From Euprymna scolopes (taxonomy: Eukaryota), in NCBI GenBank assembly GCA_053919585.1, contig CM132791.1: a stretch of 64,000 nt of DNA; one strand, written 5' to 3'. The notes below the pieces were generated by a model. It was not told the DNA's origin. It saw nothing but the letters and a program-made list of their open reading frames with translations, and searched no databases. Positions 12,603 to 27,744 of the stretch are shown one piece after another. Made by a program: the position numbers and the translations under genes. The first letter of the stretch is position 1. Every line of letters starts with the position of its first letter.

Positions 12603-14454
12603 AACGTATATCTANNNNNNNNNNNNNNNNNNNNNNNNNNNNNNNNNNNNNNNNNNNNNNNNNNNNNNNNNNNNNNNNNNNNNNNNNNNNNNNNNNNNNN
12701 NNNNNNNNNNNNNNNNNNNNNNNNNNNNNNNNNNNNNNNNNNNNNNNNNNNNNNNNNNNNNNNNNAAATAATATTATTAAGATGTCTGGAAGCGGAAAAG
12801 TTTTCTTGAGAGTAAAATATCCATTCGTGCAAATTGAACATATTCGTTAACGATAAAAATTGTTTTCCTTTTGCTATGAATGATTTTTAATTTTAATTGA
12901 TTTCCTCATAAAATAGAAAATGGTTTTCATTTTGCAATAAACAGGTTGTTTTATTATTCTGTATTTTATACTTGACGATGTATAACTGAATTGCGACCAG
13001 ATTGATCATGGCCCATAAAATCATTCCTATCTGAAGATTCCAGGCTGTGTGTCTTGAAACGTGTTTTTTTTTTCTTTCTCTTTGATTTATCAATTGTATA
13101 GGATGTACAATATTTAATATTTCCGAGGGAAAATTATTCACAATTTGGATTGAAGTATTATGTTTTCTTCAAAGTACCACATAAAAATAAACAGATAGAT
13201 ACTACTACAAAAGACTGACGTACTTAATAGTAAGGTTTCCGTTGGTGTTATTTCTACAAAATCTAGATGCTTTACTCGTGGTGTTAAATCTTGCTAGATT
13301 CAGCTACGATATTTTGTAATGACGAAAACTGTCTTCTGTTTATAAGGTGATTTCATATATACATAGCTCTCAAAATTTAAAAAAAAAACAATAAACGTCA
13401 TTAGAAACAGTCGATAAACCTGTTTGTATGCAGGAATCTACAGTTATTGGCTGACCAACGTCATTTGTTAACTATTTATATTATCGTTAATATGCATGTT
13501 AAAGTTCTTATTCAAGCTGATTACCCCCACGGTGTTTAAAACATTTCAACGTCGCTTATGAGTTATATCAACGATATAATAATTTAATTATAATATATCA
13601 TGGCCGCCAAATTTGTGGAGTGTTTTTGATTTATTGTTTTTATAAATATACCAGAAATCAGATAATAATCTAATCAATATAAAATTTTCACCGATTACTA
13701 AGTAAGAAATGCACGTTTTATGGGTGTAATTTTTTCATATTATTTGTATAAATATATGCTGGGTTCTTCATGTGCCCTTTTCTCATTGACACTTTTTCGA
13801 CACCTTAAAGTCCAAGCGATCCACTAAGCACACACTCCTTTTGTGGTAGGAGAGTGAATGAGTGTATGAAAAAAAATCCACAGGGTGCCTTCGATATCGA
13901 AGTGTAACTATGAGGGCATGTATCTCCAAATATGATGGTTGAGATGTTCCAAGAAGCTGCATCACGCCAGAGAGTTACCAAAAACGGCCTTTTTAATTCT
14001 GATCGAAATATTTGTTAACTTGATTCATGGAACATAGAATTGGGGAAAATACAGTATGATCTAATTTATAGAAAAATAGTGTTGATAATGGGTTATTATT
14101 AATTAGAAAATAAGAAAGAAAAAATGACTTTAATCATGAAACTAAAAGCAGACTAAAATTGATATTAACACTGAGAAATATAATGCTAAAAATTTCTGTT
14201 TGATATAAAAACAAAAAAAAAACAGTTTTCTCAATTTTTAAGAGGTATTAGGAAAACTTTAAATTTTGATTGTTCAATTAATATGAATAACACATTATAA
14301 AGCTGAAAATAACATATTTCACCATAAATGTTGTTTGTCCTTATAATTGAATTCAGTTATTAATAAACATATATTTGTCTGTCTAGTTACATTTAAATTC
14401 ATTAAAATGATTGATTAAAAATTTACACGCGACTGGGTTTCCATCCCTAAAATC

Positions 14455-14473
14455 CAAGATGGCGCAGGTAATT
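14455..14473 (+). promoter_or_regulatory. CAAGATGGCG (YY1-like/start context) followed by a donor-like site: ATG GCG CAG|gtaatt
   Basis: Small CpG-containing patch (14427-14503) in AT-rich DNA; ATG at 14459-14461, GT at 14468-14469. No downstream exon could be linked. Confidence 0.25.
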
Positions 14474-15955
14474 ACATGGCTCCTTTATGTACGTGATCGC
14501 GCTATATAATTGGATTATTTGAATTTAAATGAATATATGGTAAATATAATCTGATATTTTGCATATTCTTATACCCAATCTTAGTAAATGTTATTAAGGC
14601 ATACAAATATATTTAATTTATTCGAAAACATTTGTTAACATTCGGCGAAAACTTGCTCAAATGCGTTTTGTTTCAAAAATTCCAAACTTAAAATTCTATT
14701 AAAAATTTAAGAAAGGTATTATATTATTCTGTATTTAACATAATAAACATTCTGTGAAAAATACAAAGTTGTTCAAACAAAACGGATTTTAATAGATTTA
14801 AATAACCTTTAGAAAAAGCAGTTTTTTATTGATTATCGGTCACTAGTTATATAAGTTGTTGATTCTTATAATAAATACAAAATCTTCATGAATTAAATTA
14901 TCGTAAGTATGCTCATTTGACGATTAGACATGACCCAAACTCTTCTACCGTACATATAGGTATTCTTAATCAATTATATTTCACGCTTTAGTAATAAAAA
15001 AAACTTATATTTATGGAGCGTAATATATGTTAAAAAAGTGCAGAATATATACAAATAAACTCTTTATATTTCAAATATCTTTAATCATATTAAAATTTTC
15101 AGTACTTTAAAGCATTTTATATGTCGCTCAGCATGAATTGTATGATTATTATGCCAATTTTTCGATATTTTCTGCTCTTATTTAAAGTAGTATAAGAACA
15201 CGTTGACTTTATAAATTTAAAAAAAAGTGTTAGCATGTTAATATGAATAAAAACCAATCAGAAAATATTTGCTATTATCTGTCATATTTTCACCATCTGT
15301 TATTTTAATGCAGCGTCATTTAAGCTTAATATTATGTTGTCAGATTGTTAAATTAAACACTGAAATATCCTATGCAATTTTATCTGCATTTATTACTAAT
15401 AATTAGTTAACATTTATCGTCTTAGATACCACTTTAAAAATCTAGAATATAGATATAATTAGATTTCTTATACGAAACAAACTTTAACTTCATATAAATT
15501 TCTTACGCAATAAATTTCGGATAATTTAATATATATTCGACTGTAACCTAATTATTACACTGAATGTATTTTATTAGGTATATTTCTGCGTTCATAAACA
15601 CATGACATTTAATTGATACAATTCAGTGAACACTATTAATTTTTTATTTTCAATACTATAAGGGATTACATGAATATACGTTTTTTTGCTTTTTCAAAGA
15701 ATTAAATGAGTTATAAAGACAAGATTTTTGCNNNNNNNNNNNNNNNNNNNNNNNNNNNNNNNNNNNNNNNNNNNNNNNNNNNNNNNNNNNNNNNNNNNNN
15801 NNNNNNNNNNNNNNNNNNNNNNNNNNNNNNNNNNNNNNNNNNNNNNNNNNNNNNNNNNNNNNNNNNNNNNNNNNNNNNNNNNNNNNNNNNNNNNNNNNNN
15901 NNNNNNNNNNNNNNNNNNNNNNNNNNNNNNNNNNNNNNNNNNNNNNNNNNNNNNN

Positions 15956-17436
15956 CAGATTAGTAAAATACCAATATTTTACTAAATATATGTCACAAGA
16001 CAATGAAAATTGTCCCATGAATGGGTTGCTTTAAGGTTAGATTTCCAAGATTTTTATTCAAATCCATGCTATATTTACGAAGTTATGGCTTTTTATTTAT
16101 AATAAAAAATTATACTGCCCATTGCTTTGTTGCAGATCTCTTAAAATGGCAAACAATCAGGCGATTAAAGGTTATCGAAAAGCAAAATATAGTTGGTGCC
16201 CTCGCAGAATGATTGTCTCTCAATGATTAAGCCACCGAGCTGAAAAGGGATCCAAGTAATTTGGCTCCATCCTTAGAACAACCAAAAAAACAATATCCAG
16301 AAAAATAAGGACACCAGGAGAAACCTTTCAGATCGTGATATTCGAAACACAAACAGCAACAGGGCTTACGTTTTAGAAAAAGCTAGAATCGCTCCAAGAT
16401 CCAGGCAGGCCGGATACAACGTATTGAATGAGACTGCAAAGAACATTAAACCTCTTCGAAGAATTCCACTGAGCAATCAACATAAGGAAAAACAAATGGC
16501 TTGTACACAGAATTACAAGAAAATGGATTTCTAACAGGACCTATTAAGGGATGAACCCCATGCTACTGTTGACGGTCCGGATAGAGGGAACAAATTTGAA
16601 ACGCGAGCGGAACTCTGCCCCGTTACAGAGTTCATCGTTTACAAGGAGGGCGAGACATCATGTTTTGAGAGGAATGATTGGGGTAAGTTGGGTACGGTAT
16701 GCCGAGTACCAAATGGTGTTAAAATTCCCAGTAATGCATACAACCTTTTTGGATAATCATTTCTTGACATGACTAGATGACATATTATTGTCACATCGCT
16801 TTCAGATGAGTTTTATACATGGCAATGTACCATCCCATTCTACTTGAGCGACTGCAGCCTTTCTTGAATTCATGTGATTCCTTCAAGAAACTCTCGTGAC
16901 CTGGCTATCGTGTTCTCCAGACCTTAACCTCATTGAACATGCCTGGCCAATATTAAAAAGGGAGTTTACGATAAAGTAGAGCAATTTACTTCAAAGGATG
17001 CCCTGTGAAGAAAATCAGTTTACGTTGCTAGAGTTATAACTCTTTGTAAGATAAAACAATTGACTTCCTTAGAAAACACAAGTTGGTTTTAGTTATTTAA
17101 AAACATGGTGGATATGTCGATAAATAATTAAATTATATGACGCGTATACTCAGGATATACTTTCGTGTATTATTCCCTGACAGATAAATATAATAAAAAG
17201 TAAAGTTAACAAGAAAAGCCATTTTTATTTTTGCTCTAAAACCATTTTAAGAGACCTGTAATGAAACTATGGACGGTGGAAATTCCTCAATAAAGATTAG
17301 ATATCATATCTGCGTAAACATCGCATTGATTTCAATAATGTTTTTGGAAATAACTGGCGTTAAAGCAGTCGTTTGGTAATATCATAAAATTTTGTTGTGG
17401 CGTATATATTAATATTTTACTAATTTGCAATAAAGA
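15956..17436 (+). mobile_element. Decayed Tc1/mariner DNA transposon, DD37E (TRT-type), copy 1
   Basis: DEPHATVDGPD (16550-16582), GVK, IHGNVPSH (for MHDNAPSH), WLSCSPDLNLIEHAW (16902-16946). 37 codons lie between the D-equivalent at 16821 and E at 16935. TIR remnants cagattagtaaaata / tattttactaatttg run into N-runs at both ends. Confidence 0.88.
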
Positions 17437-18000
17437 NNNNNNNNNNNNNNNNNNNNNNNNNNNNNNNNNNNNNNNNNNNNNNNNNNNNNNNNNNNNNNNN
17501 NNNNNNNNNNNNNNNNNNNNNNNNNNNNNNNNNNNNNNNNNNNNNNNNNNNNNNNNNNNNNNNNNNNNNNNNNNNNNNNNNNNNNNNNNNNNNNNNNNNN
17601 NNNNNNNNNNNNNNNNNNNNNNNNNNNNNNNNNNNNNNNNNNGCATGAAAACGATGTTGCTCTTGTTAGGATTAAGTATTGTATTTTTTTTATATTTCAA
17701 GTAGCCCTTCGCCTTTTTTTTTACATTGTAGCAAAATAAAATTAGCGATATTAATAAAAAAATTTTTAGACAGCACATCTTGCTTGAAAAGTGTTTGGCA
17801 ATTGTTTTTCACATTTTTATGAAATAGAAATATATTTTATCATTTAATTCCGTAAAATTAAAAAGCGTAAATGTTCGTATCAACCAGTATCAACAATAAA
17901 TTGCAACTATTTAAAGAATAACATTATTGTCAAGAATACATTATAGTATACATACATGCACAAATACTAATATATATGTATGTATATGTAAGTGTGAGTG

Positions 18001-18075
<75 letters not shown>

Positions 18076-18124
18076 GCATATTACGACACTAATATAATAA
18101 TAAATATTCATATGCATATGAGAA

Positions 18125-19023
18125 ATAAAGTGGATACATGAACAAAAGAATATACTAAATATGAATAATACTGTGTTTATAGACGTTACAATTAAAAGAG
18201 TGCAAATAGAGGCTGGGAATGACGAAAATCACGAGGCAAACTAAAATAAAAATTAAATAAATTAATAAGTAAGATATATATGTATGCTGCTAAAAAGAAA
18301 TTACTTAATATTCACATGCAAATATATATATAGTAATAGAAAAGTTGATAGATACGCAATTACATATACGAAGCTATATAGGTGCAGGTATAAAGTTTAT
18401 TACTCTTTCGATTAAATTGCATACTCCGATTCCAATTTCTATTAAATATATATATATATATATGTGTATTAATATATATATATATGTGTGTGTGTATGTG
18501 TGTGTGTAACGAGAGATAGATAAATAAATATATATTAAAAAGTTTATATATATATACAATTTGTGTCTATATTTACATGCAAAAGAAGGATTATACATTT
18601 AAAACTTTAATTTCATTATAATTAAATTTATTATAATTATTAATCATCGCATTTTGATTTGTTTTTCTTTTCTTAAAAGTGTGCTAATAATATGTAGAAA
18701 GTTTAATAGAAATTGGAATCGGAGTATGCAATTTAATCGAAAGAGTAATAAACTTTATACCTGCACCTATATAGCTTCGTATATGTAATTGCGTATCTAT
18801 CAACTTTTCTATTACTATATATATATTTGCATATGAATATTAAGTAATTTCTTTTTAGCAGCATACATATATATCTTACTTATTAATTTATTTAATTTTT
18901 ATTTTAGTTTGCCTCATGATTTTCGTCATTCCCAGCCTCTATTTGCACTCTTTTAATTGTAACGTCTATAAACACAGTATTATTCATATTTAGTATATTC
19001 TTTTGTTCATGTATCCACTTTAT
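18125..19023. repeat. Near-perfect 322-bp inverted repeat with a 255-bp microsatellite-containing spacer
   Basis: 18125-18446 is the reverse complement of 18702-19023, with two C/T differences seen by eye. Confidence 0.95.
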
Positions 19024-19155
19024 ATACTTGATATATGCATACATTCCTAAAATAGCACGTTCGACTGAATAGTTACTTAATATTCAATACTTTTCGAAAC
19101 GTTGATCTTTTGCTTGTAACACATTGGGCAGATTTTTTCCAGACACGATAATTGC

Positions 19156-19239
<84 letters not shown>

Positions 19240-20557
19240 GTTTAGCAATAATAATTATACGTAGGTGTGTTCAATCAGCGCATTGAGAAAAAAATGTGGT
19301 ATATTGAGAAAATATTCTATGCTCTAGTATCACAATATTGCGCTCTCTAAAAAAGACGCATGTTATATATTTATATGTTATTATTAATCCAAGTATGTTA
19401 ATACATATTAGGCATGTGTAATATATTAATATTATATATAGATGTAATTTCGTGTGCATGAGTGCGTTTCGGAGAATCAGTAGTAACCGGAAAATAAATA
19501 GATAGCAAAGGTATTTACAGCAGATTTTAAAGCTTGTATGAAAACAAGCAATTGTACGCGGGCTTGCTTCACAAGAAAAAGAGAGAGAAATACACCACGT
19601 GGACCCTAAACAGATGCAAATTTCGTGCCATGAAAGAATTACGTGTAAACATGTTAGACATGGCAGAGACGTTAAAAAAACACATGTACGTGCGAAATAA
19701 AATAGGAAATATACGGAAATGCGTCTTTTGTATGAAGAACCACGAATTAATGCATATTATTTGCCTTAATTTTATTTCTTCTGTTTTATTGTTTGTTTGT
19801 TTTTGCGACGATGCTGGAGAGTGTGTGGGTCTTACACTACCTCACTCACACACACCCACACACACACACACATATATATATATATGTATATATATATGTG
19901 TGTGTGTGTTTGTTTGTTTGTGTGTGTGTGTGTTTATATTATTTTGTTTATTGGTTTCCAATGAAAAATATAAATTCAGATTCATATTTTTTCTGTCACC
20001 AACATGTTTATATATTTTATATTCACATCAGGACCAGAAATCCAACCTCGAAACATCCGACGAATACTAATATAATCTGGGAGATGTATTTATATTATTG
20101 AAGGTAAAAGTGGGTACGATTAAATTGACACTGTTGACGGATGTTGTCTTAATTTCATCAGAAATGCTCATAATCACACACATTTCTACTAATTATCTGT
20201 TATTTAGATACGTGGAAAGGTTTTAATCTGTTTTCATCAGTAAAAGGGACTGCTAGAAGGCAAATATTTTAACGGTCCTCGAAATTTTATGTGTTTCTAA
20301 ATTTTTTCCCAAATGCGCATGAGGGAGTGTTTCCCGTACAGATTATGTATGTTAAGAATGAACATAGTTTAATACACTTTGTAAATATCGTTTTGAGCTG
20401 GTCAAATGGTTATCATACGTGACTCACTGTATTTAGCTGTTGGTTTCGATGTTAGCCCGATTATATATATATTTTTAATTACAAGAATAATATGTTGTGA
20501 AAAAAACCATAATACTCGCATACACACGTAGTTTTAAAATTCATTGAATCACTAAAA

Positions 20558-20614
<57 letters not shown>

Positions 20615-20663
20615 AATATTTATTGCGGGGTACAGTATTTTATTATGACTATGTAAAATGTAT

Positions 20664-21053
20664 ACAGAGATAAATCGAGCTTAATTACATTTTAAAAAGA
20701 AGAGGGGGCAATGAATCGGATATAAAAAAAGTAGGGAGGAATATATGTATGAAAATATAGAAGAGCAACTTATAAATAATCGTATTTGCGCTTCGAATTT
20801 TAGTGCGGACTGTTTTTCCATCCTCAGCAAATCTCTTTACCATCTCATAATTCTAGAAACTATATATATTAAGACTTTGAGACCTTCTCTTTGCAAACAA
20901 AAAGAGACTTTCTCAATGCTTTATCTAGTTTCTATTTAATAATCAATCCACCCCCGCCTTTATTATACATATATCCCCCCTACTTTTTCATATCCGATTC
21001 ATTGTCCCCCCCCCTTCTTTTTAAAACGTAATTAAGCTCGATTTTAGCTCTGT
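20664..21053. mobile_element. MITE-like fold-back element (~390 bp, ~85-bp imperfect TIRs)
   Basis: acagagataaatcgagcttaattacattttaaaaagaagagggggcaatgaatcggatat... matches the reverse complement of ...atatccgattcattgtcccccccccttctttttaaaacgtaattaagctcgattttagctctgt. Non-coding interior. Confidence 0.7.
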
Positions 21054-21606
21054 TGAACGAGCTTCGAAACAGGTCACCTGACGCATTCATTTGCAAATTT
21101 GGTGTTTTTCAAATTTTCAAATATCAATTCCATAAAACCCTATTAAAATGAACCTAAAAGTTTACACATGCGCGTATATATGTATTATATGATATTTTTG
21201 TCAATTGCTAATCAGGCTATCACCATTTCACGAACCCCCATCCATCTTATTTTTATTCGTTTTGCTAAAATATATAGAAAAATATTGGCTTATATTATGC
21301 AATTGGTTTTATCGTGATTAAATAAGATAACTTAATATTAAGTATTAGATTTGAAATAATAGTGTGTAGTGGGGCAAATTGTAGTAATAGGCGTACTATG
21401 ATTTTTCGGAAATTTGCATTCATATGAATGCCTTATGAGACAAAACTTTAACATTGTTTGAAACATAAAGAATATTTCACAGTGTATAAACTTAATTTGG
21501 CACTGAATATATAAATAAGGGTACCCTATTCTCAAAAGAGGGGAGATATTACATATGATATATATTTGGAATAAAGACTCCTCTTGCTCAGAAGGTTTGG
21601 AGCAAC

Positions 21607-21670
<64 letters not shown>

Positions 21671-23111
21671 TCCAGGTTGAAAAGCATCAAAGGATAAAGA
21701 AGAATTGAATTACAACAAGTGTCGTTGATAGTGCTAACTAGAAGAGAGCAAATTTTCTCCTTAACAGGAATTTGTTTTTTGTAATTAAATTTACATCTAT
21801 AAAAACATTAACTCTCTTTTGCTGCTATTTTTTTTTTTTTGGTTCAGATCATCATGTTTATGGTGCAGTCTTCCCCTGCTGGTCACAATTTTTATTTTCA
21901 ATGTTCTACATGTCAATTTCCTCCTGTTTATTCTTTTGGCTTCGTGTGTTTGTTTGTTGATTTGTTTTTAAAGCCTTATTTCCCATGGAGGTTTTATCGA
22001 ACCATTATTCCATGGGTGCTCTTCTGTTTTGAAGTTCATACTTACTATGTTGGTGCCTGCGTAGAATAAATAGTTTAGGTCAGTGATTGCATCTTTTGTA
22101 AAGTGTGGGAGTTGCTTATTAACTTTCTCTGTTTCCGTTATAATTATTAATATATCATAATTATCATTATTCCTATTATTATTTTAGTCATCATGATTAT
22201 TATAATTGCTTTTATTTTTGCCATCCTGTGACAGCCGCATATTTATCAATAAGTTAAGCATATACTGCAGTAAATACAATTAAAATTTTACCCCCTCCCT
22301 CTTTTAAGTGTGATCATAGAAAACAAATCATTGAATCTTCCACTATAGGCAGTTTTCGTTTGCAGAAACTGACACCGGCACCCGAGCATATATGATCCAG
22401 AGAGACTTAAATTTCAAATTTTAAGTTTGGACCATTCAGGTTTCGCTTAACCAACGATGGAGCGTAGCATTTTTTTCTATTTCTATATTTCTATTCAACT
22501 GAAGATCAACTTTGTTATCCTTGGGTTACTACACTAATTGAAAGAACAATGTTTATGAATCGGAACTGAATTGAATTCTTTTACTAATTGAATTATATTG
22601 CTCACGTGATTTTAAATTCAAACTATTGGGTTCCTTTTAATATTTCGTTTTCGCTTTTCGGATTACCTTTAACAGAGTATTCTCAATCGCAGAAATGTTT
22701 TTTGCTTTTCCTACATTTTCTACACACGGTTTTTAACAGACATGAACATTTCGCATTTTATGACTATCATTAATTTTAGTTTCATCTACTGCCTAAACCA
22801 GCAAATACTAGCCTAGCTACAATTAGAATTTGCTAATTACTTTCTGTCCTCTGATTAGAAATATAACCAGAATAGAATAATTTGAAACACTGCGGAATAA
22901 GGATTTTGAAAGTTGTTATAGGGCATATTTAATAAAAAATTTAAACGTACACTTTTAATTCTTTGTCTTTCATAACAAGCCCTACCTGGTATTATATTTG
23001 TATTGCACATTTTCTTTGGTTGGGATTTTGATATGTCAATTTGTAAATACTGGTATTCATATTAGATTAAAGTTTACTATTGCTTGTATCATGGACCCCC
23101 CATTTCTCTTG

Positions 23112-23170
<59 letters not shown>

Positions 23171-26100
23171 TAAGGCATCACTTTCAAACAAAATTCATAA
23201 CATCACCACATCAATTATACATGAAAAATTATGACTTAAAAACGGTGGCAGTGTTAGAATAAATCTAAAGTTAATCGTTATATTTTGCTGATTTGACTGG
23301 AACCAAATATTCAAGATAAAGTGCACGTACATTTGGCAATCGTATACGCATTTAAATATAACCACTCCAATAATATTTGAGTTTTACTTCCGAACATTAC
23401 GATCGTGCGCTACGCCAGTTTTAAATCAGTATTTTACATACCTCATATTTATTTATTGTATTTTCGACGATTTTTATTTGATCGCTGTTGGATTTTATAC
23501 TTTAGTACACTTGGAAATTCATCGTGTATATCCCACCATTACTTTTGTCATCATTCATCTTTATATTCATGAGTCTACATATATTAGCCAAGTGAACTAA
23601 TTCACTTACACCCGAGACCGGCGCGCACACCAGTGATTCCTTCTACGTTTGTAATCTGACGCCTGCAGACGAATTCAGTTGAAATTTACTGTAACTTCAA
23701 AGTGAAAACTAACATTTAACTGTCAAACATGCAGCTGCAAAATCTAGACGTCAACGCATTTGAATAGCGAAGAAGCATTTCGTTATCATGAGGTTATTTA
23801 TTTGTAAAAAAAAAAGTAAAATTATTAGAAAAAAACAAGTCGTATTATTTAGCTATTTTTGTGTGAATGGGATATGTCCTATAATAGAGTCATCTTTTCA
23901 TGCCTCTTCCATGGCTTGATAATGTGCAATCCTTGCTTCGAACGCGAATGGAAATATTTGTTTTAGATTTAAACAGTTTTCTTATAAGAGACGATGCGCT
24001 AAAAATACTCTGTACAATATGCTTATTTCTATAGAACTTACTATTTAAAACGTTAATATTTCCCCCATAACATATTAACATTAAGAGGTTATTTTATTAC
24101 GATAAATGCAAAACTGGTTATTTTTAGCTCATATGCACATCTACAAACTTCATTTCAATGAAAATTTTATTTTTATTACTTTCCAAGTTTGGAAGAAATT
24201 ACCATGTAATTGCTTCGATAACGACCGTGAAAGGGTCGGATTTAAATCTTGTACTTGTCATAAAGTTATATTATAAGGAAACACACATTCATCAGTTTTA
24301 ATCCTCTAATCATATTCGTCCGAACTGTACTATATCGTTAGTCGCATTGACCATATTGCTTTAATATCTTAAATAATTTGTAATTAAGAAAAGGAAACAG
24401 AAGTGTGAAAATTATTCTATTTCATTCCATTGGAAACTAACCAAGGCTTATTAAACATTGTTTTAAACATACGACATCTTTAAAGTTTATCACCCTCTTA
24501 AATTTTTAAGAGGAAGTTTTCCAATAGAAAAACACCGAAAATATACATTTATTATTAGTGGGGTGTATTTAATCCGATGACCCAGATTAAGCTTTAGTTG
24601 TCGAATAAAAAAATAAAAATAAAAAATAAACGAAAATATTGTTTGCATTAACTAATAAAGCGAAGAATATTTATTTTCCAAGGAAAGCTCGAGGTAATAA
24701 AAAAAACAAGAATGATATTTTTTTCTGAGGACGAATTGACTTGTTTCTGAGTTTAAACTTAAAAGAAATACAAATATACTTCGTATAAGACATAGTTGAT
24801 ATTACTAGCATGCCAACTGGCAAAAGTTCATTTTTTCCCATTCAGTAAAATGTAATATTGTTTTAATGCCAAAAGTGTCATGTAAATTATCCCATTCGAA
24901 AATGATGTTCTACAGGATTTGAACGTTATCCTTTCTTTAAAATATGTGTTTGATTATTTTATGATTATAGTGATTCTTGTGCTCGTTGGACAAAAGCAAG
25001 ATGCATCTTAAATTTTATCTCCACAGAAAATAATTGAACCGACCAATATTCACGGGCTCAACTTGAACGTTTACAAAATTGATGCACTTAGTGTCATCGC
25101 AGTTAAGAAATAGTTTCGTCGATTACAGAGTGGCGACAGAGACGTAAGTAACAATGTGAGCCTCGAACTTTTTACGAACAAAGTACCAAAAGAAACTTTT
25201 TTCCATACAAGTGTGTGGAATAATACATATCTTCTTGAATTGGGGTAAATTATTGTCACATAGTATGACCTCTATTTTAGTTTTTATCTGTATGGTTTCA
25301 ATAACATTTTCATCGAATGTTTTTTCTCTTCGTCCGCAATCTTACGCGTTCGTTATGATATTCATTGTACAGAAGAGCTTAACTTATCAATATCTCAATT
25401 CTATCGAACATGTCATCTGTTAAATTATGTCATATTAAATATTACTTTCGACAATTTTCTCATTAGATCAATGTGTTCCTCTACAATCCTGCGTATTTTT
25501 TGCAAGTAGTAAATTCCGGGACGCGTAAGCCATAATTTGGAGCGATTCTTCCTCTTTGTAGTGTAAAGATACGTGATTCAATTATTTCCAAACAAGGATA
25601 ATAGAGTCTTAACATAATGTCGAGATAAGAATAGTTGGTATTCTTACAATCTCACCGCACAATAAAATGAGTATCGTTCTACAATATATGTTTACTGGTG
25701 AAATATATTTTATAAAAATCGTACTCATATATTTAAAAGTTTACACATTTTATAATCTATAAAATTCTTTATAAAATATATGTACACGTTTTACATAGTT
25801 GGAAGTATTGCAGATTTTTATTCATTTCGTATATATTATGGTGTAAGCCGATTAATAATAAATATAATTATACAATTGCGAATTATTTTCCATAAAGTTA
25901 AGGAAAACAAATTCTATGCTTTTTATTACGAATACAATATTGGCTGTTTTGAATTTTAATATAGGTTTCTTAGATATTAGCCATAGTGAAAAACGAGTGG
26001 GTTCATCTATAAATACATATTAGGTTTAAAATATTGCAAAAATATTTACATTTGCCGGTTCTCGCATAAATAGTTTGTCTTTATCCCTGTTCGTTTTCAT

Positions 26101-26771
26101 TGATGCAAGTTGTTGGAAATTCTAGATATGATTACATATCCTTTTATCTATATAACTCATTTTGTTACATTGTTTTCCACGGACCGTATAGGGAGGGGGC
26201 ACAATATCAGATTCCTAAACATAATTAATTTACAATGAGCATGCAACCCCATGAGTAGAATTATTTATCCAGCTCCACATTATTGTTGGAATATCATAGA
26301 CACCTTGTTTATACTTAGTGCATCTGCTAGTTTATTTTAAAACTCCACGATACCTCCATTCTCACGCATACATGGTGAAAACATTTGTTCACGCTGAATG
26401 CCTGCGATTATATACTTCAGCATCTTATTACATTTAACCTAGACTAAGTGATCTTCTACTCTTTGCTCATCATTATTACATATCATCAGTATACTGTGCC
26501 TATGTCTAAATTTTGACACGAACATTTTTTTTTATTAATATAAATGCCTTCTTACATGAAAAGTAACGCACGGCATCAAATAGAATGCTTCTTTACGCCA
26601 ATGCAAACTATTTGAACGAAACGTAAGTAAAATTTTTGATATATTATACTATCCTTCTCATTACACGCGCGGTCTTATTGGCGTTATGTTACTTAATTGT
26701 TTTTCACGCCCCTGCGGTAAAGCACTTTGATACTTGGTAACGTGCCTCCCTGTAATACACCAAGTTTAAGA

Positions 26772-27020
26772 TCAGTTTCGATCTCTAAATACCGTAATAC
26801 TAGAAAAATGGGGTAACTGTTGTCTAATCGTCATTGGTAAACACTGCCAGTGCTGTCGCGACGTGCAATATTCTGCTACACATGAAATAAAAATTGTTTA
26901 TAATATAACCTGTCTTTTTACCTAACCAACTACCACTTTCTGCCCTCATATACTTAATGTGGTGTAACCAACTTACAGATAAGTTTAGCGGAAGAGCACA
27001 TACTTCTATATCGACATTGC
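26772..27020 (-). pseudogene. Exon-like pair with a 46-nt intron resembling a C-type lectin domain C-terminus
   Basis: Removing gtaaaa...tgtgtag (26921-26876, phase 1) gives VDIEVCALPL...AESGSWLAEYCTSRQHWQCLPM, matching the CTLD ending G-x-W-x4-C-x7-C. Confidence 0.35.
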
Positions 27021-27744
27021 GTATGTATGAGATAGCATATGAAAAAAATGATTGATGAAAAACATATAAGAATGGCGGTATTTTCTGAAGCCGAAACAGA
27101 CGGCTTATTCTTTTCAATGCAGTTTAAGTTTATTGCATAATTTTAACGACGCAGGTGCGTGTTAAACTCGTTGTATTGAATAATTTTACTAATGCATCAT
27201 CGGCTGTCACACGTTGACATTTAGAAAAGAAACGGGAAATAAAATCAGAAGTAAAAACTATATATAAAATATTTCCCTGTTATATTTGTCAAAATATTAT
27301 TCATAGATGAAATACTGCGTAGCATTGCAAAGCAAGTACTGAGAAATATATTAGCTTCATAAAATTATCGGCACTTCATCATAAGATTGCTACGCTATTT
27401 TCTCTGTAAATAAATATTTCACTTAATATAATTATTTCTTAAAACAATGAAACTGTCTTCTCCATCCACAACGAATAATAATTCAAGATACAACTAGTTC
27501 TACATATCNNNNNNNNNNNNNNNNNNNNNNNNNNNNNNNNNNNNNNNNNNNNNNNNNNNNNNNNNNNNNNNNNNNNNNNNNNNNNNNNNNNNNNNNNNNN
27601 NNNNNNNNNNNNNNNNNNNNNNNNNNNNNNNNNNNNNNNNNNNNNNNNNNNNNNNNNNNNNNNNNNNNNNNTAAACCATCCCGTCTTTCTCTCTAATAGT
27701 TTAATTTAGTTACTAGTTTTACTAGTTCAAACTTAATTAAATGC

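Noticed and set aside
13031-13065. CTGAAGA...GAAACGTG hammerhead-like string
   Set aside because: Cleavage triplet would end in G, there is no stem I, and stem II lacks the closing pair.
19534-20101. 178-aa and 102-aa ORFs
   Set aside because: They read through (CA)/(TA)/(TG) microsatellites, are low complexity, and show no recognisable motif.
25027-25143. 117-nt segment with strong acceptor (ctccacag) and donor (gtaagt)
   Set aside because: Stops in all three frames and no linked exons; could be non-coding but is unsupported.
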